Source: Candidatus Poribacteria bacterium
GTDB lineage: Bacteria > Poribacteria > WGA-4E > PCPOR2b
Reading direction: 5' to 3'
Length of the DNA: 64,000 nt
Assembly: GCA_965116925.1 (NCBI GenBank)
Contig: OZ220744.1
Location: 1,248,001 to 1,312,000 of the forward strand
The notes beneath the pieces are model-generated. The model was given only the letters and a program-made list of their open reading frames with translations, made no database searches and was not told where the DNA came from. Numbering within the stretch: position 1 is the first letter of the stretch; every line of letters begins with the position of its first letter. Below are positions 31,285 to 41,051 of this stretch, piece by piece. The translations under genes were made by a program, and so were the position numbers.

Positions 31285-31490
31285 ATGGTGAATACCAAAA
31301 ATAAATAGACACTTTCGTCCCTCGGTTTCGATCCCCCCGATAAATCGGGGTAAACTTATTATCGGGGCCGGTAGGTGCGGTTTCCAACCGCACCGAATAG
31401 ACGCAGCTAGAAACAGCGCCTACCAAACGGTCGTTTCGCTTTCCTAACCCCCCGGTTTGGAGTGTCTCATTAATTCTAAAATCTACCATA
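31285..31490 (+). mobile_element. MITE family A, expanded
   Basis: ATGGTGAATACC...TAAAATCTACCATA with extra hairpins. Confidence 0.75.
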
Positions 31491-31510
31491 ATTGTAAAGG
31501 AAGTGCCTAA

Positions 31511-32396
31511 GAACCTGTTTTAAAAAGATCCATTCTACTCAAGAGTTCATGTTTACGTTTATTCATTGGAACTGTAAATACCATTCCAATGAAAGGGCTA
31601 AACATGACCCAAACAACCTATCCCACAGATTTGACCGATGCCCAGTGGGACAACCTGTTACCCTATCTGCCAGAACCTTCACCGGTAGGCAGACCGCTCA
31701 AATGGGGGTTGCGCGCAATTATCAACGCTATTTTTTATGTAGTCAAATCCGGCTGTCAATGGCGAATGCTCCCCCATCAGATGCCACCATGGCAAACGGT
31801 CTATTCCCGTTTCAGAAAATGGAAAACTGATGGCACATGGATTCTGATTCATCAAGCACTTCATAACCAAATCCGTTGTGATATTGGCAAAGCCCCTTCA
31901 CCGACAGTCGCTATCATTGACAGCCAATCGGTCAAGACGACCGAACTGGCAGATAGTAGCGGCTTTGATGCACATAAGAAAGTCAAAGGGCGTAAACGTC
32001 ATGTAGTCACCGATACCATTGGCATCCCATTGGGAGTCAAGGTCACCGATGCCAATGTCAGTGATAATCAAGTCGCAATAGAGTTACTCAAAGAGGTCTT
32101 TAATTGGCACATAACGATTCAATTAGTCTGTGCTGATGCTGGTTATCGTGGAGAATTAGGTGACTGGTTATATATGGCGCATCAGTGTCGATTGGACATT
32201 GCGCCATCTGTTAAGCAATCAGGATTTACAGGGGTCCCATTGCGATGGATTGTGGAGCGCACCTTTTCTTGGTTCGCTTGGTTTCGCCGATTGACTGTGG
32301 ACTATGAACGGTCTGCTCAGACTGCTGAAGCTATGGTGTATATTGCTTCCATTTACTTGATGCAAAACCATATCAAATGAATTTTAAAACAGGCTC
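31511..32396 (+). mobile_element. IS5 family (IS1031 group) insertion sequence, 886 bp
   Basis: TIRs GAACCTGTTTTAAAA / TTTTAAAACAGGCTC; TAA duplication at 31508-31510 and 32397-32399. Confidence 0.93.
31604..32380 (+). CDS. IS5 family transposase
   Basis: YPTDLTDAQW, GCQWRMLP, IIDSQSVK, GRKRH, ADAGY and RWIVERTFSW motifs. Confidence 0.95.
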   Translation: MTQTTYPTDLTDAQWDNLLPYLPEPSPVGRPLKWGLRAIINAIFYVVKSGCQWRMLPHQMPPWQTVYSRFRKWKTDGTWILIHQALHNQIRCDIGKAPSPTVAIIDSQSVKTTELADSSGFDAHKKVKGRKRHVVTDTIGIPLGVKVTDANVSDNQVAIELLKEVFNWHITIQLVCADAGYRGELGDWLYMAHQCRLDIAPSVKQSGFTGVPLRWIVERTFSWFAWFRRLTVDYERSAQTAEAMVYIASIYLMQNHIK

Positions 32397-32465
32397 TAAA
32401 CAACCTGAACTCTATTACCCCTAAAAGAAAAATAAACCGATTTGAAAATAGAGGAGGAAAGACAG

Positions 32466-33536
32466 ATGCAACGGAGAGAGAATCTCACCCATTTGATTTT
32501 AACTAACGTAGTAGTCTTGGTACTAGCACCGCTGATGGGAGTCGTAGACGCACAGGCACGGATTGTCTTCCAGTCTAATAGGGATGGGCATGTCCACCCT
32601 AGACTCGGTTGGCCCACTTCTGAAATCTATGTGATGGACACCGATGGGAGCAATCCGCGTAGACTCACCAATCATCCCAATTTTGACACAGGTCCCTCAT
32701 GGTCCCCGGACGGCAAACGGATTGCCTTCTCGTCTGATAGGGATGAGCACGTTATAGAGAATGACCCCGGAGGACTACCCAATTATGAAATCTATGTGAT
32801 GGACGCCGATGGGGGCAATCCGCGAAACCTCACTAACAATCCCAATGATGATTCGGTTCCCTCATGGTCTCCGGATGGTAAACGGATTGCCTTCGTGTCT
32901 GATAGGGATGGGAATAGGGATGGGAACCGGAACAACTATGAAATCTACGTGATGGACACCGATGGGAACAATCAGCAAAGACTCACTGACAACGGTTTTT
33001 ATGACATCGGTCCCTCATGGTCTCCGGACGGTAAACGGATTGCATTCATGTCTCGGCGGGATGGGCACTTTATAGGCGAATTTGGACTCACTTATGAAAT
33101 CTACGTGATGGACGCCGATGGGGGGAATGAACAGAGACTCACCAATAATCGCAAGACTGATTCGTCTCCCTCATGGTCTCCTGACAGCAAACAGATTGTC
33201 TTCTCGTCTGATAGGAAGGGAGACGATGTAAACTTTGAAATCTACGTGATGGACGCCGATGGGGAGAATACGCGTAGACTCACCAATAATCGCGTATATG
33301 ATTCGGTTCCCTCATGGTCTCCGGATGGTAAACGGATTGTCTTCGTGTCTAATCCGGATGGGAAACATGAAAACTATGAAATCTACGTGATGGACAATGA
33401 TGGAGGAAATCAACAAAAACTCACTAATAATCCACACCGTGACAGTGCTCCTGAGTGGTTGAACTCTCCTTTTTCGGTTTCTCCCGCCGGCAAAAAATTT
33501 ACAATGTGGGGATGGCTCAAACAGCTCGACCGATAA
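32466..33536 (+). CDS. Secreted TolB-like (PD40) propeller, paralog 3
   Basis: Six repeats; C-terminal VSPAGKKFTMWGWLK; GAGGAGG upstream of ATG at 32466. Confidence 0.9.
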   Translation: MQRRENLTHLILTNVVVLVLAPLMGVVDAQARIVFQSNRDGHVHPRLGWPTSEIYVMDTDGSNPRRLTNHPNFDTGPSWSPDGKRIAFSSDRDEHVIENDPGGLPNYEIYVMDADGGNPRNLTNNPNDDSVPSWSPDGKRIAFVSDRDGNRDGNRNNYEIYVMDTDGNNQQRLTDNGFYDIGPSWSPDGKRIAFMSRRDGHFIGEFGLTYEIYVMDADGGNEQRLTNNRKTDSSPSWSPDSKQIVFSSDRKGDDVNFEIYVMDADGENTRRLTNNRVYDSVPSWSPDGKRIVFVSNPDGKHENYEIYVMDNDGGNQQKLTNNPHRDSAPEWLNSPFSVSPAGKKFTMWGWLKQLDR

Positions 33537-33565
33537 CTGCCACTCTTGAGAAGATTCATATAATA

Positions 33566-33790
33566 ACGCAAGTTGCTAGTTGATAAACCAAGCACTATAA
33601 ACCGAGTTTTTTCTTCAAAACTCGGTTTCTTTCTGATTCTAACCACTTGGGTTATGTTATAGAATCCTAGTAGGAGTGTAAATGTTGTCAATCGTGGCGC
33701 AGATTGCCTAATCTGCGATCTTTCGCATTACGTATTACGCTTCGTTTCACGATTTAGACAAACACCAGAACAACAACTAGCAACTTAGGT
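33566..33790. mobile_element. MITE family D with 7-bp target duplication
   Basis: Ends ACGCAAGTTGCTAGTTG / CAACTAGCAACTTAGGT; TATAATA on both sides. Confidence 0.82.
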
Positions 33791-33981
33791 TATAATAGGT
33801 CGAGTTTTCATACCTAACATCTATCGCCCCTCCCTGATCCCCTCTTGCAAGCTAACAGTTTGCGTTACATTTGTCAGACTGCCCGGTGATTACAACCTTT
33901 GCCGACTCAGCAACACCAAAATGCCAGCACGTCCTAGTTAAGCACAAATCTCCATTCCCCAATCATCCCTATATTTCCGCT

Positions 33982-34010
33982 TTGCACAACTGCACCATGT
34001 CGGTTATAAT
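33982..34010 (+). promoter_or_regulatory. Sigma70-type promoter
   Basis: TTGCAC-17 bp-TATAAT upstream of 34081. Confidence 0.6.
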
Positions 34011-34080
34011 AATCACTAGACAGAGGGCAAAAATTTCCGTTTGAGTTTCTGAGAGAACCCCCGACAGAAAGGACAAAGGG

Positions 34081-35157
34081 ATGAAAATCACAAAAATCGA
34101 GACAATTCAAATCGAAACACCACGTTATACCGGTCAGATATCGGGACATGTCATTGTCAAAGTGCATGTAGACGACGGACCAATAGGTCTTGGAGAAGCC
34201 TCGGATAGCAGAGCCGACGATCTCGGCGCGATAACCCGACGCTACAACGAGCTATTGGTGGGACGTGACGCCACCCGTATCACGGAGATTAACGAGTTCC
34301 TACGAACACAGGACTTCGGCAGCACTGTTACCAATCTACACCTCGCCTCCGCCATCGACTTGGCACTCTACGACCTCAACGGCAAGGTACAGGGAGTGCC
34401 CCTCTACCAAATGCTGGGCGGCAAAATGCGTGATAGCGTCTACTGTTGTTATCCAACCTGGGGCGTACAGGTGCGCGAGGACTTTGAGAGGACCGCAGGC
34501 TACCTGCAACGGTTGGTGGATTTGGGTCATCATCTCTTTCGTTACTACGTGTCGGGCGACAGCACATTGGATAACGACTTCTTGACGGAGATGAAGGCGA
34601 GATTTGGCGATCAGATTCGTCTCAAGCAACTCGATTTCTCCGGTCGCTTCAACGACTGGGAGACCGCTCTACGCTACGCCGATGTGCTTCGGCATCACGC
34701 ACCGTTCCACTTTGAGCAGCCCTCGCGCGACCTACGGGTATGCGCGGAATTTACCAAACGGATGGATTTGCCAGTAAGCCTTCACATCAACGATTTGGCA
34801 CTTGGCTACGAAGCAGCCGAGCGCGGTGCCTGCACGGTCTTCAATGTGGCGTGTGTGTCAGGAGGACCCACCCATATCCGCCGCCTGTTTGCCTTAGCAG
34901 AATCGGCGGGGCTCAGGTGTCTGATTGGTACAGATCAGGAATCGACGCTTGGTACATCCGCACAGGTCCAACTAGGCGTTTCGATGCCAAATCTCACCTT
35001 CCCCTGTGATCCGATGGGCCCCGTACTTTACACGGCATCACCGGCGAAGGAGCGCGTCCGAGCGGAAGGCAGCCACCTCTATCCGCCCGAAGGACCGGGG
35101 CTTGGCGTTGAGTTAGATCCGGACAAACTGAGCGAATTGACCGTCGCATCGGCATAA
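34081..35157 (+). CDS. Enolase-superfamily acid-sugar dehydratase (galactarate dehydratase II-like)
   Basis: AIDLALYDL.GK, FRYY (RxY), DFS, FEQP, SLH, DP.GP and PGLGVELD motifs. Confidence 0.8.
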   Translation: MKITKIETIQIETPRYTGQISGHVIVKVHVDDGPIGLGEASDSRADDLGAITRRYNELLVGRDATRITEINEFLRTQDFGSTVTNLHLASAIDLALYDLNGKVQGVPLYQMLGGKMRDSVYCCYPTWGVQVREDFERTAGYLQRLVDLGHHLFRYYVSGDSTLDNDFLTEMKARFGDQIRLKQLDFSGRFNDWETALRYADVLRHHAPFHFEQPSRDLRVCAEFTKRMDLPVSLHINDLALGYEAAERGACTVFNVACVSGGPTHIRRLFALAESAGLRCLIGTDQESTLGTSAQVQLGVSMPNLTFPCDPMGPVLYTASPAKERVRAEGSHLYPPEGPGLGVELDPDKLSELTVASA

Positions 35158-35182
35158 GGCGAGCAGCGAGGAGGATATCCCA

Positions 35183-36280
35183 ATGAGGACAGGACAAGTT
35201 GCTATTTTTACGGAGCCACAAGCACCAATGGAGTTCCGTGAGTATCCCGTACCATCAACAGAGCCAGACGATCTCTTGGTCAAAATGAGCATGGCGAATA
35301 TCTGCGGCTCAGACCTACACTTTTGGCGGGGGCACGGACCTAAAATTCCGAGTGGTGTTCCTCAAGTGTTGGGGCATGAGATGATCGGCACCATCGAAGA
35401 ACTTGGCAAAAATATCCAGACCGATAGCATGGGACAGCCGTTGGAAGAGGGAGATCGAATCACCTACTCCTATTTCAAGCCGTGCAACTGTTGTTGGATG
35501 TGCCTCAATGGTAAGCCGGGTTGTCCGAACCGCTATCGAGATTGGCTCGGTGTGCCGAGCGATCAATCTCCGCATTTTCACGGGGCTTACGGCGAATACT
35601 ACTACATGAAACCGGGACACTGGATCTTCAAAGTTCCCGATGAACTACCTGACGCGCTCGTTTCGCCAGTCAACTGTGCGTTGTCGGAGGTCATCTACGG
35701 GCTTAACCAGATCGGTATTACACTTGGCGATACGGTTGTGATTCAAGGTGCTGGCGGACTTGGGCTTTATGCGACGGCTGTGGCAAAGGAGATGGGGGCT
35801 GGACAAATCATCGTCTTGGATCGGTTGCCGGCACGGCTGGAGCTCGCACGCGAGTTTGGGGCCGACCATCTCATCAACGTCGATGAACTTTCGGTGAAAG
35901 ACCGTGTTGAATATGTGCTTGACCACACGCGAGGAGTCGGGGCAGATCTAGTCGCTGAGTTTGTCGGTTCGCCGCGTGTCCTATCCGAAGGGGTTGAGAT
36001 GCTCCGTTGGGGCGGCCGTTACCTCTGGATCGGGAACATCAATCTCGGTATGCCCACCGAAATTGATCCGGGCAGTATTGTCCGATGCAGCAGAACGATC
36101 CGAGGGGTGATAGTATATGAAGGTTGGGTTATTGCACGGGCACTGGATTTGCTGCTACGGACACAGGAAAAATATCCGTTCCACAAGATTATGTCCCACA
36201 CCTTCCCCTTCGATCAGATTAACGAAGCGTTTGAATTCGCCGAGGAGGGCGGGGCAATTCGTGTTGGGTTGACGTTCTAA
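35183..36280 (+). CDS. Zinc-dependent alcohol dehydrogenase
   Basis: ICGSDLH, LGHEM.G, C..C..C and GAGGLG motifs. Confidence 0.92.
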   Translation: MRTGQVAIFTEPQAPMEFREYPVPSTEPDDLLVKMSMANICGSDLHFWRGHGPKIPSGVPQVLGHEMIGTIEELGKNIQTDSMGQPLEEGDRITYSYFKPCNCCWMCLNGKPGCPNRYRDWLGVPSDQSPHFHGAYGEYYYMKPGHWIFKVPDELPDALVSPVNCALSEVIYGLNQIGITLGDTVVIQGAGGLGLYATAVAKEMGAGQIIVLDRLPARLELAREFGADHLINVDELSVKDRVEYVLDHTRGVGADLVAEFVGSPRVLSEGVEMLRWGGRYLWIGNINLGMPTEIDPGSIVRCSRTIRGVIVYEGWVIARALDLLLRTQEKYPFHKIMSHTFPFDQINEAFEFAEEGGAIRVGLTF

Positions 36281-36295
36281 CATGAAGGTTTAAAT

Positions 36296-37690
36296 ATGAT
36301 CTACCATCATCTGTTTGACCAAATTAAAGAGAGGCGAACCGTCCGCGCCGGACTGATTGGCAGCGGACACTACGGCACAGCGGTTATCACCCAAGCGCGT
36401 TATATACCCCTTCTGGAGATTCCGATTATTGCGGATGTCGATCCCCAAGCCGCACGGCTCGCCTATCATCGTGCTGGCATCACCGACGATGAAATTGTTG
36501 TGTGCGACAGTCGTGCTGCTGCAATGCGCGCCATGGAAGCCGGGAAATTTGTGATCACGGAAGATCCGATACTCCTGATGGATATACCGATAGATGTTGT
36601 TGTCGAATCCACAGGTGTTCCAGAGGCCGGTGCCCGCCACGCCTATAAAGCCATCCAGCACGGAAAGCATGTCGCCATGATTAACAAGGAGACAGATGCG
36701 GTTATCGGACCAATCCTCAAGCATTTGGCAGACACCGCAGGGGTTGTTTATACCCCTGTGGATGGCGATCAACATGGGTTGTTAATCGGCTTGGTTCTGT
36801 GGGCACGGAGTCTGGGGTTAGAGGTGCTTTCCGGTGGCAAGGCGCGGAACAATGAATGTATCTATGACTCGGAAGCGAAGACAGTATCCTGTGCGCGTTC
36901 TACGGTCTCCATAAATGAATCAGAGGCATGGGCACTCAATCGCATTCCTGATGGAGAGGCTAACCGATACATCTCTGCCCGCCGTGAAATTCTAGCCGCC
37001 CTTCCCAAAACCTCTAACTCAGATCTGGGAGAAATGACAGTAGCAGCAAATGCCACAGGACTGATGCCCGATATTCCTGAATTGCACCTGCCCGTTGTTC
37101 GGACCTCTGAGATTCCTGAGGTGCTCTGTCCGGTAGAGGAAGGCGGCATTCTAGAAACAAAAGGTGCGATCGAAATCGTCACCTGCTTGAGGGGTGCTGA
37201 CGACGCTGGCTTGGGCGGTGGCGTATTCATTGTGGTTTCGTGCGAAAACGAATACTCCCGCACGATTCTCACCACCAAAGGGCTAATACCTAACAGTCGT
37301 GGCTCGACGGCGGTAATTTATCGTCCTTACCACCTCTGTGGTGTGGAAACCCCAATCTCCATCCTCTCCGCAGTGCTCCTGAATGTTCCCACCGGTGCCG
37401 CTACAGTCAAGCCACATGTAGATCTCGTCGCAAAATCAAACTGTGAACTAAAGACAGGTACAATCTTAGGCGGCGGCCATAGCAACGATATTGACGCAGC
37501 TATCCTCCCCGCGTCTCCCATTGCCAAAGGCAACCCTCTGCCGCTTTATCTCTTGACTAGTAATCGTTTGTCCAGAGATGTGGCAGCGGAAACACTAATC
37601 ACGCAAGAGATGGTTGACCCACCAGCAGATTCGCTGCTTTGGTCACTCAGACAGCAACAGGACGCACATTTCGGACTCAAAGAAGCCTGA
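36296..37690 (+). CDS. Homoserine-dehydrogenase-like oxidoreductase with C-terminal SAF domain
   Basis: GLIGSGHYG, VVESTG.PE.GA, NKETD..GP.L, GDQ and YRPYHL.G.E motifs. Confidence 0.8.
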   Translation: MIYHHLFDQIKERRTVRAGLIGSGHYGTAVITQARYIPLLEIPIIADVDPQAARLAYHRAGITDDEIVVCDSRAAAMRAMEAGKFVITEDPILLMDIPIDVVVESTGVPEAGARHAYKAIQHGKHVAMINKETDAVIGPILKHLADTAGVVYTPVDGDQHGLLIGLVLWARSLGLEVLSGGKARNNECIYDSEAKTVSCARSTVSINESEAWALNRIPDGEANRYISARREILAALPKTSNSDLGEMTVAANATGLMPDIPELHLPVVRTSEIPEVLCPVEEGGILETKGAIEIVTCLRGADDAGLGGGVFIVVSCENEYSRTILTTKGLIPNSRGSTAVIYRPYHLCGVETPISILSAVLLNVPTGAATVKPHVDLVAKSNCELKTGTILGGGHSNDIDAAILPASPIAKGNPLPLYLLTSNRLSRDVAAETLITQEMVDPPADSLLWSLRQQQDAHFGLKEA

Positions 37691-37714
37691 GGGGGTGGAG
37701 CTCCAACCTGAAAT

Positions 37715-39529
37715 ATGATGACAAAAGCAAGTAAGTGGCGCATTGCTCTGGCGCGTAGAATCATGCCAATCTATGCAAACCATCCGAAAGTTAAAGTTGT
37801 AATTGTCGGTGGCTCGGTGGGACGCGGAATTGCCGACCAATATTCGGATCTTGAAATCGGCGTTTTCTGGACTGAACCACCTTCTGAGGCAGAGCGCGAG
37901 ACGCTCGCAGAACAGGTTGGTGTCGTTTATAGAGAGCGAATGAGCTCCTATAAATTTGACCCCCGCCAGCCGGGTGAAGAAGAAGCTGACGAGGATATCT
38001 ACATTGGTGGCGATAAAGATTGTGGCTTCAATGTTGACATCAAGCACAAAACGATTGTGGCAGTAGAACAATACTTGGTAGAGATGTTTGATCGCTGTCG
38101 CCCTCATGACAACCGACTCGCCGAAGTCCTATCTCATTCAATTCCGTTATACGGTCAGGCATTGGTTGAACAGTGGCGTAGGAAAGTTGCAACGTATCCA
38201 ACCGAGCTTGCACAAAAACTTGTCCAAACTCAATTACAGTTTGAGCAATGGTGGCTTTGCGAACAATTTGCTAAAGAAGAAGATATGATCCTTGTGCAAG
38301 AGCAATTTAGTGAATGCTTGACGAAAATCATCTCGGTGCTCGCTGCACTTAATCGTGTCTACGTACTGGAAATAAAATGGACTAACTGGTCAATCGATCG
38401 GTTGAAAATTGCTCCGTCGAATCTGCTACACCGAGCGCGGCGGATGTTTGGACAGTCGCCCCAAGTTGCAGCCCAACAACTCCGCGAACTGATTGAGGAG
38501 ACATATGATTTAGTGAAGCTACATTTGCCAGATATTGACATCGAATCGCAGCGGCAGAAAGCGTTTGAAAGAGTTCCCAAATGGGTCATTCGGTCTAAGG
38601 TAGACCTTGCAAACTTAGAAAGTTGGCAGCACGAATTACTACAGAAGGTTAAACAAGCCTATGTTTCCAATCCTAATGTCAAGGCAATGATGCTCAGTGG
38701 ACTTGCTTCTCAGCGGCATATCAGTGGGCTTACCTCTCGGCAGCGCGCTAGCAGCAACTACGGCGATCTTGAATTTACGGTCTTCTGGGCGGAGGCTCCT
38801 TCTGAAACGGAAAGAAGACAGGCAATCCATGCTGTCTGTGGAGCGCTGAAGTCTATCGAATCTTTCGACGATAAGCAGGAAGGCGGAAGAGACAACTACA
38901 GCGTTTTTGGTGTGAACCTTGAGGTCCGGCATGTAACAGTTGGACAAATAATGAGTATATTGACATCGGTTCTTAAACAATTTGACCCGAGCATGAACAA
39001 GCAGGCAATGCTAGCAACACTAGTACATGGGATTCCCTTGCACAATGAAAATCTGATTCAGCAATGGCAAGAGAAATCCACTTTATATCCTGATGAGTTG
39101 ATGCAGTCAACCGTGAGCCAGATCTTGTCTGACTTTAAGTGGGCATGGAGCAATCGTGTAAAGATCTACGCACAGCGCGATGGATCTCTATTTTTCCGTG
39201 GACTATTTACCTATCAAGTTCAGGAAATGTTAAAGATTCTACTCAGCCTTAATCGCATGTACGTCCCCAAATACGGGAATCACCTTAATCCCTTCATTGA
39301 AGCATTACAGTTCGCGCCTCCGGATTTCGCCTTTCGGTTCAAGAGGATGTTTCAATTGCCTCCGGCAAGTGCGGTTGATGAATTATGGTGTCTTATTGAG
39401 GAGACGTTTTCGCTAATCACTACGAACTTTCCAGCGATAGACACCAAGGGAGCACAGGAAAAGTTCAAACTCGAGCGTCGCAAATCTTGGAATGAATCAC
39501 CCGAAAGCATATTGTCTGGAGGATTGTAA
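37715..39529 (+). CDS. Protein with two tandem nucleotidyltransferase + helical modules
   Basis: GGSVGRG.ADQYSDLE.GVFW and a second GDLEFTVFW; duplicated YP.EL, LNR.Y and L.EET..L segments. Confidence 0.75.
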   Translation: MMTKASKWRIALARRIMPIYANHPKVKVVIVGGSVGRGIADQYSDLEIGVFWTEPPSEAERETLAEQVGVVYRERMSSYKFDPRQPGEEEADEDIYIGGDKDCGFNVDIKHKTIVAVEQYLVEMFDRCRPHDNRLAEVLSHSIPLYGQALVEQWRRKVATYPTELAQKLVQTQLQFEQWWLCEQFAKEEDMILVQEQFSECLTKIISVLAALNRVYVLEIKWTNWSIDRLKIAPSNLLHRARRMFGQSPQVAAQQLRELIEETYDLVKLHLPDIDIESQRQKAFERVPKWVIRSKVDLANLESWQHELLQKVKQAYVSNPNVKAMMLSGLASQRHISGLTSRQRASSNYGDLEFTVFWAEAPSETERRQAIHAVCGALKSIESFDDKQEGGRDNYSVFGVNLEVRHVTVGQIMSILTSVLKQFDPSMNKQAMLATLVHGIPLHNENLIQQWQEKSTLYPDELMQSTVSQILSDFKWAWSNRVKIYAQRDGSLFFRGLFTYQVQEMLKILLSLNRMYVPKYGNHLNPFIEALQFAPPDFAFRFKRMFQLPPASAVDELWCLIEETFSLITTNFPAIDTKGAQEKFKLERRKSWNESPESILSGGL

Positions 39530-39934
39530 ACAGTTACAGAAGATGTCTATAACGCTTCACATTTAACACTCTCTACGGAACAATCCTTGATTTGCACAAT
39601 TCCTGCAGCTCCAACTAACCCTTGATTTCAATTCAACTTGGTGTTACACTGAAACGCATGTACGATTGAAAGTTTCAATTTGAATATAGATTAGTAGATT
39701 TCGCGGATTTGGGAGTTACACACTTCAGTAGGGAACAACGATCGTTGTTCCCTACGGGATTCTTGGTGGTGCTCCTGCTGTAGTTGCCCGATTTATCGGG
39801 CGTTGGAAATTGTGTCCTATTGCTTTGAATCCTGATTTATCGGGGCAATAATCCGCGCAATCCGTGTCATCAGTTTAATCCGCGATTCAGACAATAATTA
39901 TCCATATCCCTCATATACAGAGGTGTAACCATCT

Positions 39935-41005
39935 ATGCGCCACAAAAACGAGCTGCAAAGTCAAGTTCCCTCAACAATGAAAGCCAGTGTGTACCGAGAA
40001 TTTGGCGGCCCCGAGGTACTGCGCTACGAAGATATACCAACACCAGAACCATCAGAGGGCGAAGTACTCGTCAAGGTGCTCGCTGTCGCCATTGATTACA
40101 TTCAACTCCACATCCGACACGGTGGCAGCGGTCGCATCGGATCTTCGCAGGAAACGCATTACGGCATCACAGATCCGCCTCACATTCCCGGCGGCATGGC
40201 GTGCGTGGAAGTGGTAGGGCTTGGACCCAATACCGAAGGAGTCGAAATTGGTTCACGCCATCTAGTTGGTGGGCTGCGACCGGGATCATATGTCGAATAC
40301 GGGGTAGTTGATGCAAAAAGTCTACAACCCCGGCCGGATGGGCAGCCCAGTCCCACGGCTTATCCATCATCATTTACGCCAGAGCAGGCAGCCGCTTTTG
40401 ACTATGCTCCCGTAGCGTATCATACGTTGAAAATTGCCGCAGGTTTGCAGTCAGGGGAGACGATCCTGATTCACGCTGCGGCAGGTGGCACAGGTGTCCT
40501 TGCCGTTCAACTCGCCAAATATTTCGGCGCGAAGGTCATCGCAACGGCGGGTAGCGAAGCAAAACTTCAACTAGTCCGAGAACTTGGTGCCGATATGGCG
40601 ATTAACTACCGAACAGATGACTTTGTAGCGATGACGTTAGAAGCTACAAGCGGACGCGGTGTGGATGTTGTGTGGGAGTCAATCGGCGGTGAAGTCTTCA
40701 CGCGAAACCTCGATTGCATGGCAGAAGCCGGGCGAATGGTGAGTTTTGGATCAAACTCTTTCACAGGAATAGGACAGGTCGATTTCTGGCCCTTCTGGAT
40801 GAAAAACCTAAAGCTGATTGGATGGGGCGGCGTGAGCAATACACAATCTCGCGCTCCTGAGATTATGGAGGAACTGATTGACCTTGCCCAAGCTGGCAAA
40901 CTCAAGCCGGTGGTGCGGCATGTATACCGATTCGCAGAGGCATCTGAGGCACACCGCTTAATCGAGGAACGGGGTTCAATTGGGAAAGTAGTGTTAACGC
41001 CGTGA
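39935..41005 (+). CDS. NADPH:quinone oxidoreductase (MDR family)
   Basis: FGGPEVL, IHAAAGGTG and GKVVL motifs. Confidence 0.88.
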   Translation: MRHKNELQSQVPSTMKASVYREFGGPEVLRYEDIPTPEPSEGEVLVKVLAVAIDYIQLHIRHGGSGRIGSSQETHYGITDPPHIPGGMACVEVVGLGPNTEGVEIGSRHLVGGLRPGSYVEYGVVDAKSLQPRPDGQPSPTAYPSSFTPEQAAAFDYAPVAYHTLKIAAGLQSGETILIHAAAGGTGVLAVQLAKYFGAKVIATAGSEAKLQLVRELGADMAINYRTDDFVAMTLEATSGRGVDVVWESIGGEVFTRNLDCMAEAGRMVSFGSNSFTGIGQVDFWPFWMKNLKLIGWGGVSNTQSRAPEIMEELIDLAQAGKLKPVVRHVYRFAEASEAHRLIEERGSIGKVVLTP

Positions 41006-41051
41006 GGATTTCCGGTAGGCTGTGAGAGACACGTTCAAGTCGCCGACAGAT

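Noticed and set aside
28700..33460. CRISPR array or DGR template/variable repeats in the propeller genes
   Set aside because: Repeats are in-frame coding blades; no reverse transcriptase and no adenine-specific mismatch pattern seen
28606..33536. Calling these genes tolB
   Set aside because: No TolB N-terminal domain and no tolQRA/pal neighbours
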